Notes: generated by a model not told the origin, from the sequence alone. Shown: positions 28,022 through 37,769, counted from the first letter of the stretch. The stretch is 64,000 nt of DNA from Chloroflexota bacterium (GCA_003228685.1 QIFC01000115.1:6028-70027); one strand, 5' to 3'. A program made the numbers and translations.

Positions 28022-28749
28022 CTGGAGGCTTGGGCGCCGACGGGGCCTGTGGGGTCGTAGATCCGCTGAGCGCGGACGATCACGCGGTCGTCGTACTCGC
28101 CGATGCTCGGATCGAAGGTGCCGCCGCAGGTAATCAACGTGATCACCTCGTTTGGCGTATCGCCAACGATCTCCTGGATAGGGGCTGTCGTCGCGTTGTA
28201 CTGGTTTCTGGAGGTGACACCATACCGATAGACCGTGCCGTCGGCGAGGCGGACCTCGATCTCGTCGTCCAGTTCAAGGTTCGTCAGGTTCCAGAACACG
28301 GCCGGGCCGTAGTTGTAGTAGTCCACGTGTCCTGAGAAGACCGCATTGCCACCGTTGCTTTCTTCAGGAGCGAAGCCAGGACGCCCACTGAAGTCGTACC
28401 AGGCGACGACGGTCGGGCTGTCCGGCGTCTCCATGACGCCCTGGTCGTCTACGCCAAGAGTCACGATTGGCGCCTCGATGTCGAAGCGCGGGATGGAAAT
28501 CATCTCGATCGGCGCTTCACTTGGAGGGGGAAGCTCGGCCGTTGGCGAGGCCACCGGGGTCAGTACCTGGCTGATGTCCCCGAAGTCGACCCTGGTAGCA
28601 GGCCCGCTGTACCCCTGGTCGCCGACTGTACCCGTGATCTGAAGGACGAAGAGGACGCCGGCCGCCAGCAGCGCTATCAAGCCAGCCGCCATCACGGCGA
28701 GCGAGAGGCGGTTCCAGCGGGCGGTTTCTGGTGGGTTCGTCTCCGTCAT
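28018..28749 (-). CDS. sortase (class E/F-like) paralog 2
   Basis: It aligns with paralog 1 along its length: NAVFSGHVDYYNYGPAVFWNL, TLITCGG and VIVRAQR. Confidence 0.85.
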   Translation of the reverse strand: MTETNPPETARWNRLSLAVMAAGLIALLAAGVLFVLQITGTVGDQGYSGPATRVDFGDISQVLTPVASPTAELPPPSEAPIEMISIPRFDIEAPIVTLGVDDQGVMETPDSPTVVAWYDFSGRPGFAPEESNGGNAVFSGHVDYYNYGPAVFWNLTNLELDDEIEVRLADGTVYRYGVTSRNQYNATTAPIQEIVGDTPNEVITLITCGGTFDPSIGEYDDRVIVRAQRIYDPTGPVGAQASR

Positions 28750-28910
28750 GCTCCTACATTATGGTCGATCACAGTGGGTCACGCACTGTACGCGGGATCA
28801 CTCATTGATCCGTTACTATACGAACATGCGGGGTTACCCGCATGTCACGTAGAATCATAACAGCGGTTAAGCGCCCAATCAATAAGGATTGCCTGTATCT
28901 TTCTTCCAGC

Positions 28911-29978
28911 ATGGCCTCGCGGACTCGTACGAATGGCCGCATGACGTTTCGACTTGCGGCTTTCGTCCTCATCGCCGCCGCGCTGCTGGCGTTCGCGTGC
29001 AGCGGCGATGATGACGCCGCTCCGGGCAGCGGCTCCGGTCCGAGTGATGTGATCGCGTTCGGGGCGGAAGGGCCGGATGGCGACGGCCTCTACATCGTCA
29101 AGCCGGATGGCTCCGGCTTGCGCCTGCTGACGGCGGAGTCCGGCTTCGTCGCCTATCCAATGTGGTCGCCCGGTGGCGGCCGAATCGCGTATGTCGCCGG
29201 CGTGCCCGGAGGCGTCGATCCTGTGCTGCTGCGCCTCTACGAGTTCGAGACCGACACCGCGCTCACGGTGAGCACGCTGGCGGTAGCGGGCCAGTTCGGC
29301 GCGCCCGCCACATGGTCTCCGGATGGCCGCAGGATCGCCTTCTCGGAGGTTGCGGGCGACGCCCCGCGCCTCCGCGTCTACGACCTTGAGCGCGCCGAGC
29401 TGATCGATAGCGCGCGCGTGTCCGGCAGGTCTCCGAGCTGGTCGCCAGACGGGGAGGAGCTGGCGTTCGTCAGCGATAGCGGCCAGGGTGGCCTGCTGGT
29501 GATGGACGTGGCCGGAGGCGAGCCAGAGGTGCTCGCGAGCAGGCCGGGCGGGGAGGAAGGCCCGCGTTGGTCCCCAGACGGCGACGTGATCGCCGTGGTC
29601 GAGGGCGAGGAGGGCGAGGAGGCGCTGCTGCTGGTGGAGCGCGCGTCGGGCGCCGTGACCGAGCTGGGCGCTGGGCTGGTCCCGTCCTGGTCCCCGGACG
29701 GCAGGCGGCTCGTCTTCAGCGCGCCTTCCGAAGACGGCAAGACGGACCTGGACATCTTCTTCATTGCTATCGAAGGCGGGGCCCGGCAGCCGCTCAGCCA
29801 GTCGACCACGCGCGACCTCTGGCCGGCGTGGTCGCCGGACGGGAACAGCGTTGCTCTCCTGAGCCAGGTCGACAGGCAGTCCGCCTTCATCTGCGTCGTG
29901 CGGCTCCAGCCCGAAGGGCGCGATTGCCTGAGCCTGCCAGGCCTGCTGCCGGCGACGCCGGCCTGGTCTCCGCGATAG
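28911..29978 (+). CDS. TolB-like WD40/PD40 beta-propeller lipoprotein
   Basis: Signal and lipobox LLAFACSGDD, plus a repeated WSPDG(R/E/D)..AF motif (about 6 times). Confidence 0.75.
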   Translation: MASRTRTNGRMTFRLAAFVLIAAALLAFACSGDDDAAPGSGSGPSDVIAFGAEGPDGDGLYIVKPDGSGLRLLTAESGFVAYPMWSPGGGRIAYVAGVPGGVDPVLLRLYEFETDTALTVSTLAVAGQFGAPATWSPDGRRIAFSEVAGDAPRLRVYDLERAELIDSARVSGRSPSWSPDGEELAFVSDSGQGGLLVMDVAGGEPEVLASRPGGEEGPRWSPDGDVIAVVEGEEGEEALLLVERASGAVTELGAGLVPSWSPDGRRLVFSAPSEDGKTDLDIFFIAIEGGARQPLSQSTTRDLWPAWSPDGNSVALLSQVDRQSAFICVVRLQPEGRDCLSLPGLLPATPAWSPR

Positions 29979-30026
29979 CCAACCCGGCCCGCGCCCGCTA
30001 GCCCGGTCTCCGCGCTCGCCAGATAG

Positions 30027-30056
30027 AGAGAGGGCGCCGGTACCGGCGCCCTCTCT
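30027..30056. terminator. perfect 30-nt palindrome, probable bidirectional terminator
   Basis: agagagggcgccgGTACcggcgccctctct lies between the convergent stops at 29978 (+) and 30077 (-). Confidence 0.7.
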
Positions 30057-30076
30057 GACACTTCGTTGCTATGCGT

Positions 30077-32953
30077 CTAGTACGCGAGCCAGCTCCAGAA
30101 GATACCGCTCGGCGCGCCCGGGAAGGTATCGATCAGGCCGGCGGCGTATTGGAGGATCAGCGCGGCGTCCAGCGGGTCGATGACGCCGTCGCCGTTGACG
30201 TCCGCGACGTTCGGGAACGGCACCTCGGCGATGTTTGCCGCCTGGAAGAGCACCCAGAGCGCGTCCAGCGGGTCGATCACTGTGTCGCCGTTGACGTCGC
30301 CCAGGTCGGGCTTCTCAGCAGGTGTCGTCGGTTCGCCGAAGTTCCATGCGCTCGCGGTGGAGCTGTGGATTGTGATTTCGATGTCACCTTCGGCGGTGCC
30401 GGTGAGCAGATTGCGCTTCGAGACGCACGGGTCCGGCGAGGCCGTGCCTGAGAGGCCCGTGCAGTTCGGCACCAGGATGCCGCCCTTGAAGACCGGCAGG
30501 TTGGCCGCCGTGATATCGTCCGGGACGATCGATTCGTCCAGGAGGAACCGGACGATCAGCGGGAACTGCGAGGTGCCGGCGGGCGCGCTGATGTTGGACT
30601 GCTGGCCGAAGAGGTGGTAGCCGGGCGGGTCCGGCTGGTTGATCAGCTTCTCAGTGATCGTGACCTTGCCGCCGACGGGCAACGTCACCGACGTCTCGAG
30701 CGGGTCGTCGGGCGTGGCGTCGAAGCCGGTCGTTACCTTGCCGCCCGGCGGCACCGTGCCTTGTGCGCCGTCCGGCGGCGCTGGCGTTGGCGTAATCGTC
30801 GGGGTATTCGTCTCGGTCGGCGTCGACGTTTGCGTCGGCGTGTCGGTCACCGTCGGCGTGTTTGTCGGCGTGGGCGTCGGGCAGGCGCTGGGGCCGCCGG
30901 GGCACGGGGTGTTCGTCGCTGTCGGCGACTCCGCGGGCGTTAAGGTCACGGTTGGCGTGATGGTCGCCGTCGGCGCCGGCGGCGGAGCTTCGCAGTTGAT
31001 GCGCAGCAGGTCGAGGAGCACGAAGTTATCATCCTCGTCCTTCACCGTGTCGCCGTCTTCATCCAGGGTGCGCGCGCCAATATCGGGCATGCTTCCGGGC
31101 GTGTAGAAGAGGTTGCTCTCCAGCGCTTGGTCCGGCTTGAAGAACGCGGAGCCGGTTTCGTTGAGGATGCCTCCCTGCTGGTTGTTCGCCGTCCGTTTCG
31201 TCAGGCCGATCGCGAACTGGCCCTCCTCCTGGCAGCGCACGTTCATCTCGGCGAGCCTGCCGACGCTGAGGTCTGAGAGGAGGGGCAAGAGCCCGTTCTC
31301 GGTTGCCCTGGCGTCCAGTCTGATCACGTTGGAAGGGTTGCTGCCACTCTTTGGGAATCTGTCGCAGTTGAAGGCGGTCCCGCTATCCGGCCGCCAGATG
31401 ATGTCATCGACGCACGGACGCGGCTCGTACACCAGCCCGGCAAGGTACGTCTCCAACTGGAAGCCGCCGTAGCCGTCCGGGATCGCGTCCGCGTTGACGG
31501 CGATCGTGAACGTGCTGGGGTCGTCCGCGTTGAACGGCGCCGTGCACTTGTCATCGGAGTCGCACACGATGCCGGTCCCTTCGGCAGAGAGCGACATCTT
31601 CTGCTTGATGAGCGCGCAGTCGATCTCGAGCACGTCGGCGTACGGATCGTCGACGAGGCCGACCTCCACGGGAGTGCCGTCGGCCAAGAAGAACGCCGAT
31701 GTCTCGGTCAGTCTGGCGAACGTGTCGTTGTTCGTGAGCCCGTTGCAGTAGACGTCCAGCTCCACGAGCGAGCCGTCGTGATCGCTGTTCGGGAAGGGCG
31801 GCTCCGCGGCTCTGCTCGCCTGGTGCTGAACTTGGAGCGCTGGTGGAGTGGCTGGCGCCGGTGTGATGGAACGTTCGCAGCTAGCGTTGAACAGGTCCGG
31901 CCAGATGTCGACCTCCTCCACGCAGCCGGCGGCATCGTCATCAGGGTTGCGCGGGTTGTACGTGAGTTTCTCGTCCAACAGCACCTCGGACTGGAAGCCG
32001 CCGTAGCCATCCGGCGTCGGGATCGTGTTGGCGTTGACGAAGAGCGTAAATTCGCCGAGTTTCTCCTGGCCGGGCCAGAAGTTCGCGCGGCATTGGGTCG
32101 GCTTGTCCTCGTCCCCCGTGCACGAGACGTAGCCGGGCTCGTCTTCGAGCGCGCCGGGCTCGCCGGTCGCGCTGAGCGACATGATGGCGCCCGGCAGCGG
32201 CGTGAATGTTGGCGTGATGGTGGGCGTGGTGGTTGGTGTTGCTGTTTCGGTGGCGGTTGGCGTGGGTGTCGCCGTTGGCGTGTTCGTCGGAGTGGCGGGC
32301 AACGCCCCTCCGGCGCCGCAGTTCACGTGCAGCGTGTCGACCTTCGGAATGATCTGGATGTTATTGGGATCTACGAACAATGAACCACTCGAACCGGCCG
32401 GGGGTACGCCGTTCGGCAGGAGTTCAATGATCTGACTGCTGCCCGTAGCCGAGCAGGTCATCGAGAGGTCGACGAAGTTGCCCGTGTAATTACTGACTGG
32501 CAGCGGGGGGAAAAAGCCCGTGACGCAGCCATGGCCGACGTTGCCAGCAGGAGGAGGATTGTTGGTCTGCGTGGGATCGATCCTGAGCAAGATTGCCCCC
32601 AGGCCGCACAGTGGCGGCTGCATCTCTTCAAGAACCGGCGTGCCCAAGTTGTACGTGACGTTTTCGAAGTAGTTGACCCAGGAGTTCACCGTCGTGAAGC
32701 CGGCGTCCGGAGCATCGATGATATCGACCGAGAGCGTGAAGTCGCCGTTGAGCGGAACACAGACCTCGCCCGGCGCGGTCGTGGCGCAGGTCTCAAAGCC
32801 ATCTTTGACCACCAGGACCATCTCGGCATCCGGTTCTACGGCGGACGTGACATTGAGTTCGTTGACGATAATGAACGCGCCCGCCACGAACGCGACGAGA
32901 ACGGCTGCCAGCACCGCAAGCCGGCCGGTCTCTCCCTGCCTTTGGAAACTCAT
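30077..32953 (-). CDS. secreted 958-aa protein: 3 Cys-bracketed cohesin-like modules, PT linkers, an unknown domain and a C-terminal type-I-like dockerin
   Basis: N-terminal hydrophobic anchor (LAVLAAVLVAFVAGAFIIV). Module copies end in ..VNCG, ..IDCA and ..INCE. Linkers include [32 protein letters not shown]. The C-terminus is GDVNGDTVIDPLDALWVL...DVNGDGVIDPLDAALILQ. Confidence 0.8.
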   Translation of the reverse strand: MSFQRQGETGRLAVLAAVLVAFVAGAFIIVNELNVTSAVEPDAEMVLVVKDGFETCATTAPGEVCVPLNGDFTLSVDIIDAPDAGFTTVNSWVNYFENVTYNLGTPVLEEMQPPLCGLGAILLRIDPTQTNNPPPAGNVGHGCVTGFFPPLPVSNYTGNFVDLSMTCSATGSSQIIELLPNGVPPAGSSGSLFVDPNNIQIIPKVDTLHVNCGAGGALPATPTNTPTATPTPTATETATPTTTPTITPTFTPLPGAIMSLSATGEPGALEDEPGYVSCTGDEDKPTQCRANFWPGQEKLGEFTLFVNANTIPTPDGYGGFQSEVLLDEKLTYNPRNPDDDAAGCVEEVDIWPDLFNASCERSITPAPATPPALQVQHQASRAAEPPFPNSDHDGSLVELDVYCNGLTNNDTFARLTETSAFFLADGTPVEVGLVDDPYADVLEIDCALIKQKMSLSAEGTGIVCDSDDKCTAPFNADDPSTFTIAVNADAIPDGYGGFQLETYLAGLVYEPRPCVDDIIWRPDSGTAFNCDRFPKSGSNPSNVIRLDARATENGLLPLLSDLSVGRLAEMNVRCQEEGQFAIGLTKRTANNQQGGILNETGSAFFKPDQALESNLFYTPGSMPDIGARTLDEDGDTVKDEDDNFVLLDLLRINCEAPPPAPTATITPTVTLTPAESPTATNTPCPGGPSACPTPTPTNTPTVTDTPTQTSTPTETNTPTITPTPAPPDGAQGTVPPGGKVTTGFDATPDDPLETSVTLPVGGKVTITEKLINQPDPPGYHLFGQQSNISAPAGTSQFPLIVRFLLDESIVPDDITAANLPVFKGGILVPNCTGLSGTASPDPCVSKRNLLTGTAEGDIEITIHSSTASAWNFGEPTTPAEKPDLGDVNGDTVIDPLDALWVLFQAANIAEVPFPNVADVNGDGVIDPLDAALILQYAAGLIDTFPGAPSGIFWSWLAY

Positions 32954-33324
32954 CCTCAGCCCCTTCCTCTCTGCCCCACCCCGCCGCTGACCCTCATGCC
33001 GCGCGGGAGTGTCGTGCTGACTGCCCTTCTAAAGACAGCCGTGGCCGGCATGCACGACCTCCACTTCACCTCATCCACCCGTACCGACGTGCTTGTCGGC
33101 CTCGCACACGGGCCTGATTCCTCACTCAGGCCCACTGAACTGGGAGTAAGCTTACCACACATAATGTGTAACGTAGCAGCCCGCGTCCTAGCCAGTATTT
33201 AACACATGTTAAGAGTACTACGGGGCTGGACTGCGGGGTATTAGGGTTTTCCCTTAATTGTGCTAACAGTCCGTCATAGGGAGCCCGGTCCGTGACGCTT
33301 CGAGAGACCTCAAGCTTGGGCGGC

Positions 33325-34332
33325 TCAGAGGCATCTGAACAGGTTGAGTTCGATCCAGAGGATGAACAGGGCATCGAGGGGGTCAACGACGCCGTCGCCG
33401 TTGACGTCGCCCGGGTGAGGCAGGCTGGGGATCATGGTGGTGCTGAACCAGAGCACCCAGAGCGCATCCTCCGCGTTGACGCGCCGGTCGCCGTTGACAT
33501 CGCCGCAGGGGAGGATGGCGCTGACGAAGGTGGCGGTCGGCGTCACCGGAGGCGGCGTGGCGGTGGGCGACGGCGTGGGTGTCGACAGGTCCGGCGTCGG
33601 CGTTACCGTGTCCGTGGGGCCGCCGGGGGTGCGCGTGGGCCCCGGCGTGGGCGTGGGCGGCTCGCCGCAGATCATGGTCAGCCCCGTGGTCTTGGGAACG
33701 ACATCCTCGTTGTCCGGGCCGCGGAACAACGAGCCGACGGTGCCGGTGGGGGAGGCGTCCGACGAGAACCTGGCGTAGGGGAGCATCTCAATTGGGTTGC
33801 TGCTGTCCCGCGGCGAACAGACCAGGACGATCTCCACGCCGATGCCGACGAAGCTGCTCGGCGGCGGCGCTATGATGCCGGAGAGGCAGCCGTGGCTGAC
33901 GAGCGTGTCGGTGTTATTCCCCAAACCGGGGAGCCGCTGGTCTGTCTGGGACTTCAGGGCGGTGGCGGGTTCGCAGTTCGGCCAGAGGATCTCAGAAATG
34001 GCGGTTGGCGAGAAGTCGTACGTGATGGCGCTGCCGTAGAGGATGGACGACTGGAAGATGATGTAGCCGGGGTCGCCGTTGCTGTCGGCGGCCGGGGCGC
34101 GGACGATCTCCACGCCGAGCTTGAAGGACTCGTTGGTGGCGAGCTGACACACCCCTTCCACGCAAACGTCCGGCGGGTCCGTCACAAGGAGCCGCATCTC
34201 GGGTCCTTCTCCGAAACCGGACGTCGGCGTCGCCGTCTGATCGGCCAGGACCAGCGTAAGGGCCAGCAGCAGTCCCAGTCCGAGGAGGAACGCTGTGAGA
34301 TGCTTGGCACGCCGTCCGGGTTGCACGCTCAT
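33325..34332 (-). CDS. secreted protein: cohesin-like N-module, PT linker and type-I-like dockerin
   Basis: The ATG at 34332 follows GGAGGG. Signal peptide LTAFLLGLGLLLALTLVLA. The module runs GPEMRLLV...GLTMICG. The C-terminus is CGDVNGDRRVNAEDALWVL...GDVNGDGVVDPLDALFIL. Confidence 0.8.
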   Translation of the reverse strand: MSVQPGRRAKHLTAFLLGLGLLLALTLVLADQTATPTSGFGEGPEMRLLVTDPPDVCVEGVCQLATNESFKLGVEIVRAPAADSNGDPGYIIFQSSILYGSAITYDFSPTAISEILWPNCEPATALKSQTDQRLPGLGNNTDTLVSHGCLSGIIAPPPSSFVGIGVEIVLVCSPRDSSNPIEMLPYARFSSDASPTGTVGSLFRGPDNEDVVPKTTGLTMICGEPPTPTPGPTRTPGGPTDTVTPTPDLSTPTPSPTATPPPVTPTATFVSAILPCGDVNGDRRVNAEDALWVLWFSTTMIPSLPHPGDVNGDGVVDPLDALFILWIELNLFRCL

Positions 34333-34539
34333 CGACCGGATCCCTCCAGAAAGCCCCACCCATCACGTCCGGTTCTGCCGCCGCCGATCTACAGCGGCTA
34401 TCGATCAGTTTACCATACGTGCGCTGAGCGGCCGTAGCGGGACTGGGGCGTCTCCTCAATCAGAGGGGGCACCCCGACTTGCGTCGGAGCGCCCCCCCAA
34501 TGAATCTCGAGTATCGTTACGCGTTCGCGATAACGGCTC

Positions 34540-35487
34540 CTAGCAGGTAAGCCTGTCCTGGTCGAGCAGACCGGCAACTACTTGCTGGATGAGAGCGGCG
34601 TCTCTGCTGTCCACGTTGCCGTCGCCGTTCACGTCCGCCTGATCACCCTTCGGCAGGCGGTCTGCGCCGTCAATGAGCCCGGCCTCTACTTGGAGGATGA
34701 GGAGCGCGTCTACGGCGTCCACCGCCTCGTTGTCGTTGACGTCGCCACACTGCTGTTCCGACGGGGTGCTGGTCGGCGGGACCGGCGTATTCGTCGGCGT
34801 GTTGGTGGGCGTGTCGACCGGTACGTCGTCCGGCGTGTTGGTCGGCGTTTCGTCCGGCACGTCCGGCGTGTCGGTTGGATCACCGCCACCAGCACCGCAG
34901 ACGATAGTGATGTTGCTCACCTTCGGAATAATGGGATTATCGCCAGGATCCTTGAACAGCGCGCCATTGGTGAGAGCGATCGGGTCGCCCTCTGGTAGCA
35001 GTTGCACTAACGTGCTGCTATCACCAGCCGAGCAGTTCATGGAATAGTTCAGAAAGTTGCCCGTGTAGGTGCTTACGGGACGCACCAGAATCCCGGTGAT
35101 GCAACCGCTAAGGACCGACTCTGGGTCCAACTGATCCCGCAGCGCTATAGACGCAGGGCTGCACTCTGGGAAGGAGAACTCGTCGAGAGGCAAATCCGTT
35201 GGCTTGTAGGTCAGGTCAGAGCCAAATACGACATATGACTGGGCCAAAATGTAGCCTTCGGCCGGCGCCGTCAAGACCTCCACCGAGAGGGTAAAGGCAG
35301 CGCCCGGTTCGACCGTGCAGGTGGAGCCTTCGCAAGTCCCACCTTCGCTGACTGTCAACGCCATCTCCGGGCCACCTTCGGCCGCGTCCGTGGTGCTGGT
35401 CAGGTTATCGGCCATGAAGAACGTCATTGCCAGCAGGGCAATCACGGCTGCCGCGCCGAGCCCTAGAATCCTTTTGCTTCGCTCCAT
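34540..35487 (-). CDS. secreted protein: cohesin-like N-module, PT/D linker and type-I-like dockerin
   Basis: The ATG at 35487 lies 6 nt after AAGGAGGT. The module runs GPEMALTVSEGGTCEGSTC...NITIVCG. The C-terminus is CGDVNDNEAVDAVDALLILQ...DVNGDGNVDSRDAALIQQ. Confidence 0.8.
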   Translation of the reverse strand: MERSKRILGLGAAAVIALLAMTFFMADNLTSTTDAAEGGPEMALTVSEGGTCEGSTCTVEPGAAFTLSVEVLTAPAEGYILAQSYVVFGSDLTYKPTDLPLDEFSFPECSPASIALRDQLDPESVLSGCITGILVRPVSTYTGNFLNYSMNCSAGDSSTLVQLLPEGDPIALTNGALFKDPGDNPIIPKVSNITIVCGAGGGDPTDTPDVPDETPTNTPDDVPVDTPTNTPTNTPVPPTSTPSEQQCGDVNDNEAVDAVDALLILQVEAGLIDGADRLPKGDQADVNGDGNVDSRDAALIQQVVAGLLDQDRLTC

Positions 35488-35525
35488 GCTGTTACCTCCT
35501 TGCATTTCCTACTTGGTCTCTACTC

Positions 35526-36317
35526 CTAGCGGCTGCGTGCCGCGCGCCAGCCGGACGCACCGAGGCCGGCGGCGCCAATGGCGAATAGGCCGCCGATCAC
35601 GAGCCACAGCATCGCGTTAGAACCATTGTCACCGGTCGAAAGCGGACCGCTCCCTGAGGGCGGAAGCACGATATCGCCGTCGCCGTCTCCGTCGCCGTCT
35701 CCGTCCGGGGTCGCGGTCGGCTCTGGCGGCGCTTCGCCGCAGTTGACCGTCACGGAGGCAACCTTGGGGAAGATCTGCTCGCCATTGTCCCCCGTCAAGA
35801 GAGCGCCGCTCGTGCCCGCGACGGGGTCGCCCTCGGGCAGCAACTGCACGTTGTTGCTGGAGAAGGTGTCGCTGCATTCCATTGCAAGCTCGAATACGGA
35901 GCCTTCGTAGGTGCTCAGCGGCAGCGGCGGGATGACGCCCGTGAGGCCGCCGTGCAGCACGGTATTTGGCGCAATCGAGTCGCGGACGACGACGTCCGGT
36001 ATCACGTCTGGCCACGTGACCTCTTCTCCGGCAGTGTCGGTCATATTGTATGTAAGGTCTGGGCCGTAATCGATGAACGACTGCACGAGCACGTAACCCT
36101 CGGCAGGCGCGGCGTCGACGTTGACTGTAAGTGTGAACGACTCTCCAAGATCGAGGTCGCACTCATCACCAGAGCATCCTGACACGCTGAGCGACATTGC
36201 TGCCGCTTCTTCAGCCAGCGCTGCCGGCTGAGCGAGGTGGCCCAGCATGAACACCGCGGCAAGGGCGGCGCCGATGATTGCTATGCGACTGAATGTGTTC
36301 CGTCCCTGTACTCCCAT
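35526..36317 (-). CDS. cell-wall-anchored protein: single cohesin-like module plus an LPPSG sorting signal (no dockerin)
   Basis: Signal peptide, then a module AMSLSVSGCSGDEC...SVTVNCG. It ends in DGDGDGDGDIVLPPSGSG + LWLVIGGLFAIGAAGLGASGW + RAARSR, that is, LPXTG-like motif, TM helix and basic tail. Confidence 0.8.
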   Translation of the reverse strand: MGVQGRNTFSRIAIIGAALAAVFMLGHLAQPAALAEEAAAMSLSVSGCSGDECDLDLGESFTLTVNVDAAPAEGYVLVQSFIDYGPDLTYNMTDTAGEEVTWPDVIPDVVVRDSIAPNTVLHGGLTGVIPPLPLSTYEGSVFELAMECSDTFSSNNVQLLPEGDPVAGTSGALLTGDNGEQIFPKVASVTVNCGEAPPEPTATPDGDGDGDGDGDIVLPPSGSGPLSTGDNGSNAMLWLVIGGLFAIGAAGLGASGWRAARSR

Positions 36318-36574
36318 GTTTATCCTTCCTCCTGCTTCCAGTCTTACCCCAAGAACCTACGGCAGGGCCATTCTCCCGAGGAGTTCAGCCCAACCTCTAC
36401 CCAATACTGTGTGTGTCCCCCGCCACCAAATGCGGAAAGTCACCCCAGCACAGGGCTTAGCCTAGCGCATTGGCCAACAGAGCACCATGTCTCATTCGCC
36501 GGGCGCTATCCAAGTTCGCAACAATAATACTGGATCGTTCCGCATGCGCAAGGCCACGTTCGGCAGCTACGAGT

Positions 36575-36609
36575 CCGGGGGAGCCGTCCGTATGTGGCGG
36601 CTCCCCCGG
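36575..36609 (-). terminator. 12-bp GC-rich hairpin downstream of the 36632 gene
   Basis: ccgggggagccg-tccgtatgtgg-cggctcccccgg begins about 23 nt after the stop on the minus strand. I see no clear U-tract. Confidence 0.6.
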
Positions 36610-36631
36610 AGAATATCAGGCTTCGAAGGCG

Positions 36632-37465
36632 CTAAGGCTGGTTGCAGGGCAGTTGGAACTGCAGGATCGTGCCTAGGATGTCGTTTGCCAAGTCGATGAA
36701 GCCATCGCTATTGATGTCGAACGCGGGGCTCCAGTCAGGATCGAGGGGCGTCATCTGGAACCGGATAATCACGCCCAGGATGTCGTTCGCCAAGTCGACG
36801 ACTCCGTCTCCGTTTGGTGGCGGCGAGTTGTCCGCGCAACCAAGGTAGACGATGTTGGAGTTCTTCAAGGTGAGCGGTATCTGCTCCAAATCCAGGTCGA
36901 CCGGAGCGTCAAGCAGGAACGTTCCCTGAACGCCGACATCTGGGGCCACAAACGCGAGCGGCGAAGAGAGGGCCATCTCTGAGCCTGGAGTCAGCACGAG
37001 GTGCCCGATCAAGCCGGTGCCGGTCGGCCCCAGGGGCGGAGGAGGACTCAATGTTGAGCACAGTCCGATGACTTGACCTGCCTGGGGGTTCTGACCGGGA
37101 ATGCACGCTCCGGACCGGTTGGTTGACTGGAGCCACGCCCTGTCGCCAATCCCGTCTGCGTCGCCAGGGGCGGCGGAAGCTGCGAAGAGGGAGTCATCAT
37201 ACTGTACGGCGATGTTGAAGCCCGAGACGCCGGTAGGCTCCTTGACGTTGGTAGCCCACACGTAGATGTCACGTGGAAATCCGTTTGGAGTGAGGATGAT
37301 AGCCGGTGCGCCTATAGGACTTAGGCTTGAATAGCTGAACATGATCTGCGTGTCGGTTGCGCTCTCGGCGCTGGGTTGCCGCGCCAGGCTTAACGTGATA
37401 ACAACCGCGGCTGCCAGGATAACGACCTTCGTCAGAGTGAGCGTGCTGCCTATCAAGACCTTCAC
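36632..37465 (-). CDS. secreted protein: cohesin-like domain plus a 'DLANDILG'-type double dockerin-like module
   Basis: The GTG at 37465 lies 4 nt after AGGAGGAAG. TGVSGFNIAVQYDDSLF is a cohesin-like strand. The C-terminus is DGVVDLANDILGVIIRFQ...DGFIDLANDILGTILQFQ. Confidence 0.75.
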   Translation of the reverse strand: MKVLIGSTLTLTKVVILAAAVVITLSLARQPSAESATDTQIMFSYSSLSPIGAPAIILTPNGFPRDIYVWATNVKEPTGVSGFNIAVQYDDSLFAASAAPGDADGIGDRAWLQSTNRSGACIPGQNPQAGQVIGLCSTLSPPPPLGPTGTGLIGHLVLTPGSEMALSSPLAFVAPDVGVQGTFLLDAPVDLDLEQIPLTLKNSNIVYLGCADNSPPPNGDGVVDLANDILGVIIRFQMTPLDPDWSPAFDINSDGFIDLANDILGTILQFQLPCNQP

Positions 37466-37769
37466 TAAACTTCCTCCTGCGCCGTTCTTCGCCGGCAGGC
37501 GCCTCGTCTTCTGCTCCCCACGTCTATTCACGCCGCCGTAAGAGCCCTCAGGCGCACCAACGTATCGCCTGAGTCTTGCGCGCTACGAACGCTTGCGTTG
37601 CGTCATTCCTTAGCACTCTGCGTCTCTCCATTAATCCAACGGTCGAATGCGACAATTCGTAACGCAATCTGTCGCTGTCGTGCCTTTTTCTGATGGCTCC
37701 CCTCGTCAAGGCCCGCGTCCCGTCCCTCCCGGGACCTAACGAGGACAGCCATGCCGGCCAGAAGATGAA

